The notes under the pieces are model-generated. The model was not told the origin of the DNA. It saw only the letters and a list, made by a program, of their open reading frames with translations, and made no database searches. From the IMG/VR virus record IMGVR_UViG_3300025626_001177, positions 1 through 42,438 of that record: a DNA stretch of 42,438 nucleotides. One strand, written 5' to 3'. This DNA is from a virus. Its lineage: Duplodnaviria > Caudoviricetes. Both the position numbers and the translations under genes were made by a program. Positions 1 to 8,584 of the stretch are shown piece after piece; the stretch's first letter is position 1, and each line of letters starts with the position of its first letter.

Positions 1-165
1 GGTCTAGTTCTAATGGAGTAGACCTCTCTCACTGCTTATCTTCTATCGGCAATCTCAATGCCGCACTACTTGTGATCGTGCTTTGTTTCCGTTCAGTTAG
101 ACAGTTCACTTCATCAGAGGGCAACTCCAGGACTATCTAGGTAACTAGCCTAGCAGGTCTCTTGA
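1..165 (-). ncRNA. Candidate structured non-coding RNA (probably cut by the window edge)
   Basis: GC-richer non-coding stretch with several stems: GGTCTA/TAGACC (1-24), CGGCA/TGCCG (47-63), GCAC/GTGC, TAGATAG/CTGTCTA, CTAGG/CCTAG. Family not recognised. Confidence 0.35.
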
Positions 166-803
166 TACCTTTGTTTCTCTTTATATCGCTTACGATATTC
201 TACAATTTTTTCTTTATTATTCTTGCGATATTGCTTTCTTTGTTCTACAATTTTTTCTTTATTATCTTTGTGATATTGCTTTTTATATTCTGCAATTTTT
301 TCTTTATTATCCTTTTGATATTGCTTACGATATTCTAAAATTTTTTCTTTATTATTCTCGTAATATTGCTTACGATATTCTTTATTATTACAGCGATGGC
401 GATATTGCCTATCATATTCTAAAATTTTTTCTTTATTATCCTTGCGATATTGCTTACGATATTCTACAATTTTTTCTCCAATCGTCAACCCATGTTTATA
501 CATTGAATTGTTTTTACCTGACGTATCAACATATCTTGGATCACCTAAACTTTCATTATAATATCTATCCCAGCATCTACTCTTTCTGTCTTTTAACAAT
601 TTATGTTCAAGTTCACACATTTCTTTATTTGTACCAAATGCAAGTATGCGTCTTTTTGTACCTTTAGGAATATTATCTTTAGTAAAAGATTCCCATATTG
701 TTGATGAATGTGTATATCTATCTTCTGGCGTACCCTTATGCTTACCCAGATAAAACATCTTATTTTCACTATCATACCAAAGATACACGAATGCTTCACT
801 CAT
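150..803 (-). CDS. Free-standing GIY-YIG (Seg-like) homing endonuclease with C-terminal basic 15-aa repeats
   Basis: N-terminal FVY...FYLGKH (GIY-YIG variant), conserved E (ELEH) and YYN; SD AGGAGA upstream. Confidence 0.75.
   Translation of the reverse strand: MSEAFVYLWYDSENKMFYLGKHKGTPEDRYTHSSTIWESFTKDNIPKGTKRRILAFGTNKEMCELEHKLLKDRKSRCWDRYYNESLGDPRYVDTSGKNNSMYKHGLTIGEKIVEYRKQYRKDNKEKILEYDRQYRHRCNNKEYRKQYYENNKEKILEYRKQYQKDNKEKIAEYKKQYHKDNKEKIVEQRKQYRKNNKEKIVEYRKRYKEKQRYQETC
170..480. repeat. Imperfect ~45-bp tandem repeats encoding KEKI(L/V)EY(R/K)KQY..DN
   Basis: Recurring ttttttctttattat...gatattgcttacgatattct units, about 6-7 copies. Confidence 0.85.
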
Positions 804-861
804 TTTCCAATTTCTCCTAATAATATAAATTTACTATATTATATATTAAGAGAATAACTCA

Positions 862-885
862 TGGGAGAGAAACTAATCTCTCCCA
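862..885. terminator. Hairpin just downstream of the DUF932 gene (terminator or RNA stabiliser)
   Basis: TGGGAGAGA-aactaa-TCTCTCCCA perfect 9-bp stem; U-tract is weak. Confidence 0.55.
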
Positions 886-892
886 AATTCTT

Positions 893-1867
893 TTATGCAG
901 CGTTAGCGAGTTCAACTGCTTTTTCTGCCGCTTTTACTTTGCGAGTTTGATTAACACCAAACCACTGACTGTGCAAGCGATTTTCAGCATTGCGCCCTTG
1001 CATATGATCTGTAACATATGTGACGCTATTCAATGCGCTCCACCATGTACCAGCCGCGAACTCTGCACCAGGTTGTGTTTCAAGAACGTCATAGCAAAGT
1101 TTTGCATTGCGTGACAAGTCTGCCAGTTTATCAACTTGGTTTTGTTCTTTGGTGCGTGAAGTATTCGGAAATACATCATTATAGAACTGGATCAAGGAGT
1201 CGGCAGTAACACGCTTGGAACCCAAAAATTGCGCCATGTCTTTGTACTTTGCAAACTTTTCAGATGCAATTCCAAGAGTTGTTTTCACATTGTCTGCATT
1301 GAACACTGCGCGATGACCAACTTTTGCTGCATTCGTTGCGTCACGACTAAGTGACATTGTAAGAGTGTTATTACAAACAACACGAACTGGAGTGAAACGA
1401 ACATCAATAGATTTCCCATACTGATGTGGATTGCTAAAGAGTAAGAATGATTCAACGGTATCTTCACCAAACACATCAAATGACTCTTTGACTTTTGCCA
1501 AGGCCCAAGTGATCTGTCCACCTTTGAGCGAACCAGCAGTGTGCATTTCCATGTCACCAGCGGCGACATACTCTGCAAAAAAATCAAAAGCATCTGAATT
1601 TTGACAAGGATTCCATCCTTCGCCAACATTTGTCAGAACCTTGTTATCGCTCAGACGAACCAAAGACTCTTGACCAGTTTTGATTTTTTCACCATTGATT
1701 TCAATAAATGATGGAACCTTTTCCACTTCCCAATCAAGACCAGCCTTTTGCATCATTTGAACTGGTGTTAGATCATTACTAACTGGTGTACCTAACCCAT
1801 GCCAAGGAACATCTCCCGCATAAGCCATTTGCGCTACACCGTCTACAAATTCTACTTCATGTGCCAT
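893..1867 (-). CDS. DUF932-family phage/plasmid protein
   Basis: PWHGLG, AGLDWEV, TAGSLKGG and TPVRVVCNNTL motifs; start moved to MAHEV after SD AAAGGG. Confidence 0.85.
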   Translation of the reverse strand: MAHEVEFVDGVAQMAYAGDVPWHGLGTPVSNDLTPVQMMQKAGLDWEVEKVPSFIEINGEKIKTGQESLVRLSDNKVLTNVGEGWNPCQNSDAFDFFAEYVAAGDMEMHTAGSLKGGQITWALAKVKESFDVFGEDTVESFLLFSNPHQYGKSIDVRFTPVRVVCNNTLTMSLSRDATNAAKVGHRAVFNADNVKTTLGIASEKFAKYKDMAQFLGSKRVTADSLIQFYNDVFPNTSRTKEQNQVDKLADLSRNAKLCYDVLETQPGAEFAAGTWWSALNSVTYVTDHMQGRNAENRLHSQWFGVNQTRKVKAAEKAVELANAA

Positions 1868-1882
1868 TTTGAACCCTTTCAG

Positions 1883-1939
1883 TGATTCTTTGTTTTCATT
1901 TGATTTGTATATTATATGATAAAAACAAACACTTGTCAA
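1883..1939 (-). promoter_or_regulatory. Early sigma70-type promoter with downstream GANTC
   Basis: TTGACA(1939-1934)-17 bp-TATAAT(1916-1911); TGATTCT at 1883-1889. Confidence 0.85.
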
Positions 1940-1963
1940 GCATTTGTTTTCATTTGATTTAAA

Positions 1964-2308
1964 TTATCCTACACATTCTTTGAAGCCCATCATACCAACT
2001 TCATGCAAGGACTGCCCAAAGGCGGTTTCAATCTCAAACAAATCGCCCATCATTGAACTACGCAAACCCATACCATCTTCATTTAGTGGTGCAATGCGAT
2101 TCACATGATTTGGATTGTAGTCTGGATTATCAGCAATATCATCACGGCTCCAAGAACCCATGATATTTTGTGTCCAGCGAAAGGCATACTCAAGAGCCTC
2201 ATTCTGATCAGTGATAGAACTTGGCAGATTTACTTCTGCCACTAAGGTCTGATCTTCAACATCACCAGTTTCACGATTGCGTTGTGCATGATAAACATAA
2301 ACTTGCAT
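1964..2308 (-). CDS. Hypothetical early protein
   Basis: Own promoter and SD AAAGGA; start MQVYVY; contains RSSMMGD. Confidence 0.75.
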   Translation of the reverse strand: MQVYVYHAQRNRETGDVEDQTLVAEVNLPSSITDQNEALEYAFRWTQNIMGSWSRDDIADNPDYNPNHVNRIAPLNEDGMGLRSSMMGDLFEIETAFGQSLHEVGMMGFKECVG

Positions 2309-2315
2309 AGTATGT

Positions 2316-2374
2316 CCTTTCAAGACTGATTCTCTTTACTCTTATAATCTAGTATGTGTTGAGGTGGTTGTCAA
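2316..2374 (-). promoter_or_regulatory. Early promoter/leader cassette, copy 1
   Basis: TTGACA-17-TAGATT followed by ATAAGAGTAAAGAGAATCAGTCTTGAAAGGACA, near-identical to 3085-3146. Confidence 0.85.
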
Positions 2375-2376
2375 CC

Positions 2377-2730
2377 CTAATATGCCATAATCTTTGGACC
2401 GCCAACTTCTGGCTTATGGAGAACAGCAACTTTACTTTCAAGGATGGGCTGTTCATCTGCCTTTGTTACAAATGAACTGTATTTGTAGGGGTCATATGTG
2501 ACTGCAACACCATTATTTAAACCGAAAATTTCTTCAGACATTTCTCCACGAACCATCGCGTGAACATTCTTGCGGCCCTCTTTAAGAACCTTTAAACGTC
2601 CAGCCTGACGAACCACATACGTTGGGTTCATAATTGTCACATCAGACATATGAGCGATAACACGCCCCTTATGTCTGACAGAAAAGATATGTTTGTGGAG
2701 ATTGTAATAGACTTCCACTCTCATTTTCAC
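2377..2730 (-). CDS. Conserved phage hypothetical protein
   Basis: VYYNLHK...SV, GRKNVHA and YDPYK motifs; start overlaps the upstream stop. Confidence 0.75.
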   Translation of the reverse strand: MKMRVEVYYNLHKHIFSVRHKGRVIAHMSDVTIMNPTYVVRQAGRLKVLKEGRKNVHAMVRGEMSEEIFGLNNGVAVTYDPYKYSSFVTKADEQPILESKVAVLHKPEVGGPKIMAY

Positions 2731-3080
2731 GCTCCTACAAACTTAATGTTGTGGTTGTTTGCGGCACAAATAGTAAGAACCTCACCAGCGATATTGATTG
2801 TATCACCAATCTCATAGCCAAGGTAGACTTTCTGTTCAGTCTTAGAGGATGTTACCATTGAACCATTACCAAAGGCCCAGTGACCATCTTCACTGTCCCA
2901 ACCAACAGTATAGTTCCGCACCCACTCATATTTATCATTGGCGAATGCCCGAATAGTAATATTGATAGATGACATAAGCGAGTCACCAGCACCTTCACGG
3001 TCCAAAGGCAAAACAGCATCTGCATTGCTCACTACGAGTGAGCCGGGAGTATTTGAAACGATTGAAACTGCTGAAGTCAT
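2727..3080 (-). CDS. Hypothetical early protein
   Basis: Own promoter, SD AAAGGA, start MTSAVS. Confidence 0.7.
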   Translation of the reverse strand: MTSAVSIVSNTPGSLVVSNADAVLPLDREGAGDSLMSSINITIRAFANDKYEWVRNYTVGWDSEDGHWAFGNGSMVTSSKTEQKVYLGYEIGDTINIAGEVLTICAANNHNIKFVGA

Positions 3081-3084
3081 TTTG

Positions 3085-3146
3085 TGTCCTTTCAAGACTG
3101 ATTCTCTCTACTCTTATAATCTAGTATAAGAGTAAGAGTTTGTCAA
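3085..3146 (-). promoter_or_regulatory. Early promoter/leader cassette, copy 2, with inverted repeat around -10
   Basis: TTGACA(3146-3141)-17-TAGATT; arms TACTCTTATA (3109-3118) and TATAAGAGTA (3125-3134); TGATTCT 3099-3105. Confidence 0.85.
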
Positions 3147-3445
3147 GCCATTTTGGAATATTTCCGATACTTTTTAATATCCCACTTTTCAACAACAGGA
3201 TTGCCATACTCATCCTCATCAATGGCAATGTAAGCGACAGTCTTTAAGACTTTGCCATACCTAGCATTCCATTGACCTACCGCATTATGAGAAACCCAAA
3301 TCAAATGAGGAAAATCCCACTCATCTGTCATTTCTTCATGATTGGTGGAAAACTCAAAAAGATTTTCACAATCCTGTTCAGTAAAAGAGCCAAGGATTGA
3401 ACCATCACCATAAGTAAAACCTACTGAATCTGGAGCGTATGCCAT
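3143..3445 (-). CDS. Hypothetical early protein
   Basis: ORF from MAYAPDS with SD AAAGGTG; contains KTVAYIAIDEDEYGNPVVEKW. Confidence 0.7.
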   Translation of the reverse strand: MAYAPDSVGFTYGDGSILGSFTEQDCENLFEFSTNHEEMTDEWDFPHLIWVSHNAVGQWNARYGKVLKTVAYIAIDEDEYGNPVVEKWDIKKYRKYSKMA

Positions 3446-3449
3446 GTTA

Positions 3450-3596
3450 TTACACCTTTCCGTAAAAGTTAACCCAAAATTCCCATTCTTCTTGACCCAT
3501 CTCACTCAGGTCCATATGAGAAATCTTACTCAAAACTTCTTCTGCGACAGTTTTGGAGCAATTCAAAATTTCGGAAATTTGTTGAATACGAAGCAT
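3450..3596 (-). CDS. Small hypothetical protein (48 aa, MLRIQQISEILNCSK...FYGKV), not in the ORF track
   Basis: Manual translation; directly follows the promoter cassette and SD AAAGGG. Confidence 0.65.
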   Translation of the reverse strand: MLRIQQISEILNCSKTVAEEVLSKISHMDLSEMGQEEWEFWVNFYGKV

Positions 3597-3602
3597 TATG
3601 AA

Positions 3603-3659
3603 CCCTTTCAGTGATTCTCTCTACTCTTATAAACTAATATAAGAGTAGAGGTTTGTCAA
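3603..3659 (-). promoter_or_regulatory. Early promoter/leader cassette, copy 3, with 13-bp inverted repeat around -10
   Basis: TTGACA(3659-3654)-17-TAGTTT; arms CTCTACTCTTATA (3619-3631) and TATAAGAGTAGAG (3638-3650); TGATTCT 3612-3618. Confidence 0.85.
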
Positions 3660-3661
3660 TA

Positions 3662-3871
3662 CTAATCTAAGTTACAATTCCAGTTTTCGTAAAGATAGAA
3701 TGCTTCTAATGTATTATCTTTACCAAATGGTGAAACAATTTTACATACTGGACGATTTATGTCTTGTAGACCAACATCAAACTTCATTTGCATAGAACCT
3801 TCTACAATTTGACAATCATGGTGTGAAGGTTGAACCATTGATCCTGTAAATCTAACTGTTACGACTTGCAT
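3662..3871 (-). CDS. Small hypothetical protein
   Basis: TAATG overlap with upstream ORF, SD GAGG. Confidence 0.65.
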   Translation of the reverse strand: MQVVTVRFTGSMVQPSHHDCQIVEGSMQMKFDVGLQDINRPVCKIVSPFGKDNTLEAFYLYENWNCNLD

Positions 3872-4038
3872 TATGTGTACCTCGGATTAGTAGTCTTTAA
3901 GCAAATCTTTCCTGCTTCAAGTCTACGGTTTTCTTCTGAAGTGTTCAAAGACTTCATCATACTAAGTGCCTTGATCATATTCTTAATCGCCCACTTAGGT
4001 TGATTACCTACGATGCTCCATGCTTCTTGAATGGTCAT
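3871..4038 (-). CDS. Small hypothetical protein (55 aa, MTIQEAWSIVGNQPKWAIKNM...NPRYT), not in the ORF track
   Basis: Manual translation; fills the gap exactly between coupled neighbours. Confidence 0.65.
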   Translation of the reverse strand: MTIQEAWSIVGNQPKWAIKNMIKALSMMKSLNTSEENRRLEAGKICLKTTNPRYT

Positions 4039-4227
4039 TTATACTATCCCTTTTCCGATTTTGATGATAGACACCTTTCTATTACCATAAAACATTTTCG
4101 CATGTTTTATAGCCTCTTTACGATCTTTCACCGTTACTCTTCTACTTATAGGACCACCATTAGATATAACTGGCCCAGTGAGTGCTATTACATATGTTGA
4201 TAGATCATTCATATTAAAAATTCCCAC
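4039..4227 (-). CDS. Small basic hypothetical protein
   Basis: Tightly packed operon position; true start may be MNDLST (~4212). Confidence 0.55.
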   Translation of the reverse strand: MGIFNMNDLSTYVIALTGPVISNGGPISRRVTVKDRKEAIKHAKMFYGNRKVSIIKIGKGIV

Positions 4228-4420
4228 ATAGTTGATTGTTTATAATTTCCCAAATGTCACCATCGTTTTCCAGATCACACTGCAAATCTTCCAATTCGGC
4301 ATCAGATAGGATTTCACCATCTTCATATTCTGCAAACGAAATGTATGCATCACAAAAATCTGGATAATCATTCATATCAATACATTCCATTTCCACACTT
4401 CCCATATTTACGTTTTTCAT
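4214..4420 (-). CDS. Small highly acidic hypothetical protein
   Basis: DYPDFCDAYIS motif; SD AAGGAG. Confidence 0.7.
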   Translation of the reverse strand: MKNVNMGSVEMECIDMNDYPDFCDAYISFAEYEDGEILSDAELEDLQCDLENDGDIWEIINNQLCGNF

Positions 4421-4508
4421 TTCATTCTCCTTTACATTATCAGTTCTATGATTGCTATTATAACAATTAGGTTTATTGCATTACTCAGAAGATTTGTCAA
4501 CATGATTC

Positions 4509-4739
4509 TTACCATCCCCTACTTTCAATCCAAAGTTCTTCTTCCCAGATAGATTGAAGAAGTATATCATCAATTTTTTCATCATGAGCCTCTTGCTCAA
4601 ATTGCTCTACTTGCATACGCTTGAGTTCAATCATTGCAGACAGGCTATTGATCGCCATGCGCTTTTCATCACTTGCGCCCTCAACCAAATTAATGATTGC
4701 ATTCTCAAGTGTCTGAATGTCTTGTAATACTTCATTCAT
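4509..4739 (-). CDS. Small acidic hypothetical protein
   Basis: SD AAGGAG; promoter at 4756-4801. Confidence 0.7.
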   Translation of the reverse strand: MNEVLQDIQTLENAIINLVEGASDEKRMAINSLSAMIELKRMQVEQFEQEAHDEKIDDILLQSIWEEELWIESRGW

Positions 4740-4755
4740 GATTCACGCTCCTTTG

Positions 4756-4801
4756 AGATTCGTTATGTAATATACTTAACTTTTTCTATAACAAATGTCA
4801 A
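4756..4801 (-). promoter_or_regulatory. Early-type promoter with GANTC
   Basis: TTGACA 4801-4796; AGATTCG 4756-4762; -10 box ambiguous. Confidence 0.6.
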
Positions 4802-4811
4802 CCCCTAAACT

Positions 4812-4819
4812 TATAAATA
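4812..4819 (+). promoter_or_regulatory. T4-type late promoter
   Basis: TATAAATA upstream of the two plus-strand genes. Confidence 0.7.
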
Positions 4820-4889
4820 GTATTGTGAAATACATGATTTTTTATTGATTTATATTATACTAAAGGTATGTTAGAAGAAAGAAAAAGTT

Positions 4890-5378
4890 ATGATTGACCC
4901 ACTTACGGCTATAGCCGCCGCATCTGCTGCATATAAAGGACTGACCAAAATCGTGCAAGCGGGGCAGGAATTAGAGAATTGTACAGAATCTTTGGGAAAA
5001 TGGTTTGGCGCACTCAATGATATAAACAGAGCAGAACAGCAGAGAAAAAATCCACCACTTCATGCTAAACTTATGGGGTCTGGATCAATAGAAGAAGAAG
5101 CATTTGCCATACTGACTCACAAGAAAAAAATGGCAGAGCAACAGAAGGAAATTATGTTCATGTTGAATATGAGATTTGGACCTAATACCTGGGATGAAAT
5201 GATGGAGTTAAGACGCGCTATCAAAAAAGAACGCGAAGATACCATATATGCAGCGGAAGAATTTAAACATGCTGTGATAAATGGTGGAATAATGATAGCA
5301 TTATCTCTTGGTATTTTGACAACTATTTTTGGTGGTGTATGGTTAATTGGTACGGTTCAACAACCGCCTTGGTGGTAA
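4890..5378 (+). CDS. Phage hypothetical protein with C-terminal TM helix
   Basis: MIDPLTAIAAASAAY N-terminus, helical body, hydrophobic C-terminus; late promoter upstream. Confidence 0.75.
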   Translation: MIDPLTAIAAASAAYKGLTKIVQAGQELENCTESLGKWFGALNDINRAEQQRKNPPLHAKLMGSGSIEEEAFAILTHKKKMAEQQKEIMFMLNMRFGPNTWDEMMELRRAIKKEREDTIYAAEEFKHAVINGGIMIALSLGILTTIFGGVWLIGTVQQPPWW

Positions 5379-5379
5379 T

Positions 5380-5664
5380 ATGGATATGATACAAGTTTTT
5401 GCACTCATGCTTTTCATCGGAATTGGTGAAAATAGAATAGAAGTTGAAGAAAAATTATATTTCTATTCAGTAGAATATTGTAACTCAACTGCTGAAGCCT
5501 TATCTAAAAGATGGGGTCATTGGTCAGCAAAAGATCAGGCAACAGTGTATTGTATACCTGCAAGTGTCCCAGAAGGAACGCCTGTAATAAAAACACATGT
5601 TGAACCATCATATTATCCTAGACCACCAGCACCGCCCAATGGTATGCTGGCATCTACCGATTAG
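5380..5664 (+). CDS. Small membrane/exported protein with two Cys (F..VEYC...VYCIP)
   Basis: Starts 1 nt after the previous stop; hydrophobic N-terminus. Confidence 0.65.
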   Translation: MDMIQVFALMLFIGIGENRIEVEEKLYFYSVEYCNSTAEALSKRWGHWSAKDQATVYCIPASVPEGTPVIKTHVEPSYYPRPPAPPNGMLASTD

Positions 5665-6295
5665 CAAGTGGATTATCAAGTGCCTTTGTTAGTTTAGCAT
5701 TGAGTCTTTCCTCAAGAGAACTTAATTCTCTTTTAACATAACCTTCAAGTCCAGATATTTTATCATTAAAACGATTGTTGGCATCGTCAATCATTGTACG
5801 AACATCACTCTTGAGTCTATCTTGTTCAGTTTCACCTTCATCCATTAATGCTCTTACATCATCATTAAGTTTATCTGAAATAGCCCTCATTTCATCTTCT
5901 GCTTTGGTAACTTCAATTTCAATACGATCAAGATGTTTTTCCATACGAACCATTTCATCTTTCAGATCATGCTTTGCATCTCTGAGATAATCCGTATTTT
6001 CTGTGATACGATCACGAACCCCAGCAAATTCACCTTTAAATAATTCTAATTCTTCTGATACGAAGTCCATATGTCTCTCAACAGTCACTTGATGTTCTTG
6101 CTGTATTGCGATTTGTTTATCAAATCCTGATAAATCTGGCGCAACATAACTTTGTATTTGTTCTTTCATATCTTGGTAATCTTTGTAGAATTCAAATCCA
6201 CCCCAAAGACCACCACCTATTGTACCTAATAATGGTATAATCAAAAGCAATTTTGAACCGCTTGCTTTGACTCCACCATACTCTATCTCTGCCAT
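5654..6295 (-). CDS. Membrane-anchored long coiled-coil protein
   Basis: TM segment LLLIIPLLGTIGGGLWGGF, then heptad-rich region ending KALDNPLAN. Confidence 0.75.
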   Translation of the reverse strand: MAEIEYGGVKASGSKLLLIIPLLGTIGGGLWGGFEFYKDYQDMKEQIQSYVAPDLSGFDKQIAIQQEHQVTVERHMDFVSEELELFKGEFAGVRDRITENTDYLRDAKHDLKDEMVRMEKHLDRIEIEVTKAEDEMRAISDKLNDDVRALMDEGETEQDRLKSDVRTMIDDANNRFNDKISGLEGYVKRELSSLEERLNAKLTKALDNPLANR

Positions 6296-6306
6296 TTGCT
6301 CATTCC

Positions 6307-6627
6307 TTAAAATTGAAATTCTTTTCCAAACACAATTCCTAATTTTTTACCCTCAATTCCGGGTCCAATAAAATAGTCATTATATTTCAATCTAAGAAAT
6401 GGTATTATGGGCTGAGAATATCCAGACACTAATCCACCTTCTAGTTTCAAGTCACCTTTTAAATCAACATCGCGTGATGTATAAAGACTTATATTTTCTT
6501 CGCTATTGTAAAATGCTCCTATCGTGTATTCGTTGTATTTATATTTAACGGTTGGGTGTATTCCGTTATACTGATTTGACATTCCCATATGTATTGTAAA
6601 TGCCAACCCAAAAAATATTGTATCCAA
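6307..6627 (-). CDS. Small putative outer-membrane beta-barrel-like protein
   Basis: Alternating aromatic beta-strands, GAFYNSE and GLVSGY, C-terminal Phe (KEFQF). Confidence 0.5.
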   Translation of the reverse strand: MDTIFFGLAFTIHMGMSNQYNGIHPTVKYKYNEYTIGAFYNSEENISLYTSRDVDLKGDLKLEGGLVSGYSQPIIPFLRLKYNDYFIGPGIEGKKLGIVFGKEFQF

Positions 6628-6631
6628 TTAA

Positions 6632-8584
6632 TTACTGCCTTAAACTTGGATATTGTAAATCCTCCATTATTCCAAATGTCGGGTCATTCACGAACCATCT
6701 TGAAAATGCATGATCTACTGTCGGCACTGGTGGATAAAAATAAATATCTGGTACTTCCATGTCTCCATAATCAAAATCTGGCACAAATGCAATTAGTGCT
6801 GCTAATTGCGCTTGTACTGCCACTTGTTCTTCTAAAGTTGATGCTTCCTCAACTTTTTTAGTAAGACTGTTTACTTTATCTGCAATCAATCTTCTTATCT
6901 TTTCTTTCCTAGAATTCTTTTTTTCTGCTTCTGTTGGGGCTTCCTTTTCTTCTTTTTTCTGAGGTCTAACAACATCTTCCTCAGATTCAACGGCTTCGTT
7001 ATTATTTTCACTTTCATCTACTTCTTTATCCTTTCCATCACCATCTTTAGAGCCAGTATCTTTCCCAACGTCTTTTTCTTTTCCACCATCGTTCTTGGAC
7101 TCACTTTGTTCATCATCGGATGGTTCTTCACTTTTTCCATCAGTTTCGGATTTAGGTTCGTCGTTTTTCTCTGGCTGGGGTTTCTTGGTTTCTTGGGTTG
7201 TGGTATCTCCACTGGTGTTTCCAGAATTTCCTCTTTCTTCAGAGGTTTCTCCTGATTCTGCTTCAATAACTGTTGTTTCAACGATTGGTTCATTTAATTC
7301 TGCCTCTATTGCTGCAAGTTCTATCTCAATAGATTGAGTGGTAATTTCTTCTACTGGTGCTATCTGAGAAACTATATCAATTTGTGGTACAACAATTTCT
7401 TCGGTTATATTGATTTCTGGCATAACAATTTCTGGTATAGTTTCGGTTATAGTTATATTTGGATTAATAATTTCTGCAACAGGATCAGTTACCACAATTT
7501 CTTCCGCGACAGTAGGTACAGAGTAGTTAGGACAACCAATATCATATTGTGGATCAAGATCACATTGTTGATTGAAATATGCTGTTTGATAATTTGGACA
7601 TTGAACATTATACAATGGATTAATCTTACATTGTTGGTCTTGATATGCTGTCGCATAATTTGGGCAACCAATATCAAATAAAGAGTCTGCAATACATGAT
7701 TGATCATAAAGGTGTGCCGCATATGCTTCAGCGTAACCACTACACGATGGATTGTAAAGAGTATCTAAATCGCATGGATTATTGCGATATGTAAACCACA
7801 TTTCACCATCTCTTGCAACAGGACCATAGTAACCTTCCCACTGTCCATTATCTTGTGCATTAGCAACAAAACTAATATTTCCTAATTGATTTGGTGTGTA
7901 TATTGTTCCAGTACCAGTGATATGATTAAAAAGTTCTATATGATCTTCAGTTATTTGCCAAACAGCACCTTCACCATCTGTGGTTTCATTTGTACTATGC
8001 GAATTTGATTCACTCCAATGATACCAAGTATCATAATCGTAAGTTTTTGTTTCTATAATAGTTCCATTACTATCGGTAATTTCTATCACAATATTAAGAG
8101 CATCAAACTGATCTGCATATTCTCCAGTGGGTTTCATATTTTCATCAAGTCTGTTTTCAATATCTGTTGAACACCATACTTGCTCACCGTTTGCTTTTGT
8201 TATATTGAAACAACCATTAATCCATTTCCAACGATAATGAATTTTATCTAAACTTATGCCTGTGCCAGCATCTGATAATACTTCATTTATTGCCATAGTC
8301 ATAGCAAACGTATCAGAACATGCTCCCCATTGTAAAGTTGGTGAACCACTCCATGCTTCACTAGTATTAGTCAATAAATTCAAATGAGATGAACCACCTA
8401 CACACGTACCATTAGTTATTGTACCATCACTTAAATCTGCGATTTCTGGTATAGTGGTAGTTACTCCGCTGTCAACTGTTATACTTTCTGTTGTAGCGTT
8501 ACTTGGCGGCGACCAACAGAAGTACAAACAACAAAGCACCGCCAATAACTGATCTACCAGTTTCCCATTGCCTTTTTTGAACAT
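6632..8584 (-). CDS. Large exported protein with Cys-paired repeats and an acidic/charged linker
   Basis: Signal-like LLAVLCCLYFCWSPPSNA; four C-x(3)-[PST]-x-[YF]-x(3)-C-[PS]-x-Y repeats; true start probably slightly downstream of 8584. Confidence 0.75.
   Translation of the reverse strand: MFKKGNGKLVDQLLAVLCCLYFCWSPPSNATTESITVDSGVTTTIPEIADLSDGTITNGTCVGGSSHLNLLTNTSEAWSGSPTLQWGACSDTFAMTMAINEVLSDAGTGISLDKIHYRWKWINGCFNITKANGEQVWCSTDIENRLDENMKPTGEYADQFDALNIVIEITDSNGTIIETKTYDYDTWYHWSESNSHSTNETTDGEGAVWQITEDHIELFNHITGTGTIYTPNQLGNISFVANAQDNGQWEGYYGPVARDGEMWFTYRNNPCDLDTLYNPSCSGYAEAYAAHLYDQSCIADSLFDIGCPNYATAYQDQQCKINPLYNVQCPNYQTAYFNQQCDLDPQYDIGCPNYSVPTVAEEIVVTDPVAEIINPNITITETIPEIVMPEINITEEIVVPQIDIVSQIAPVEEITTQSIEIELAAIEAELNEPIVETTVIEAESGETSEERGNSGNTSGDTTTQETKKPQPEKNDEPKSETDGKSEEPSDDEQSESKNDGGKEKDVGKDTGSKDGDGKDKEVDESENNNEAVESEEDVVRPQKKEEKEAPTEAEKKNSRKEKIRRLIADKVNSLTKKVEEASTLEEQVAVQAQLAALIAFVPDFDYGDMEVPDIYFYPPVPTVDHAFSRWFVNDPTFGIMEDLQYPSLRQ

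Noticed and set aside
85-125. Hammerhead ribozyme (minus strand CTGATGA...GAAAC)
   Set aside because: Stem II does not close and no NUH site with compatible stems I and III could be built.
30-168. SAM-I riboswitch (TATCAAGAG...AGATAAG)
   Set aside because: The GAGGGA kink-turn and GCAACC elements are missing.
170-480. CRISPR-like array
   Set aside because: Repeats are in-frame coding units without unique spacers, and no cas genes are present.
1-893. Group I intron containing the GIY-YIG ORF (AGATAGTCC resembles the S element)
   Set aside because: No room or structure for the 5' core upstream, and no interrupted host gene; the upstream gene ends normally.
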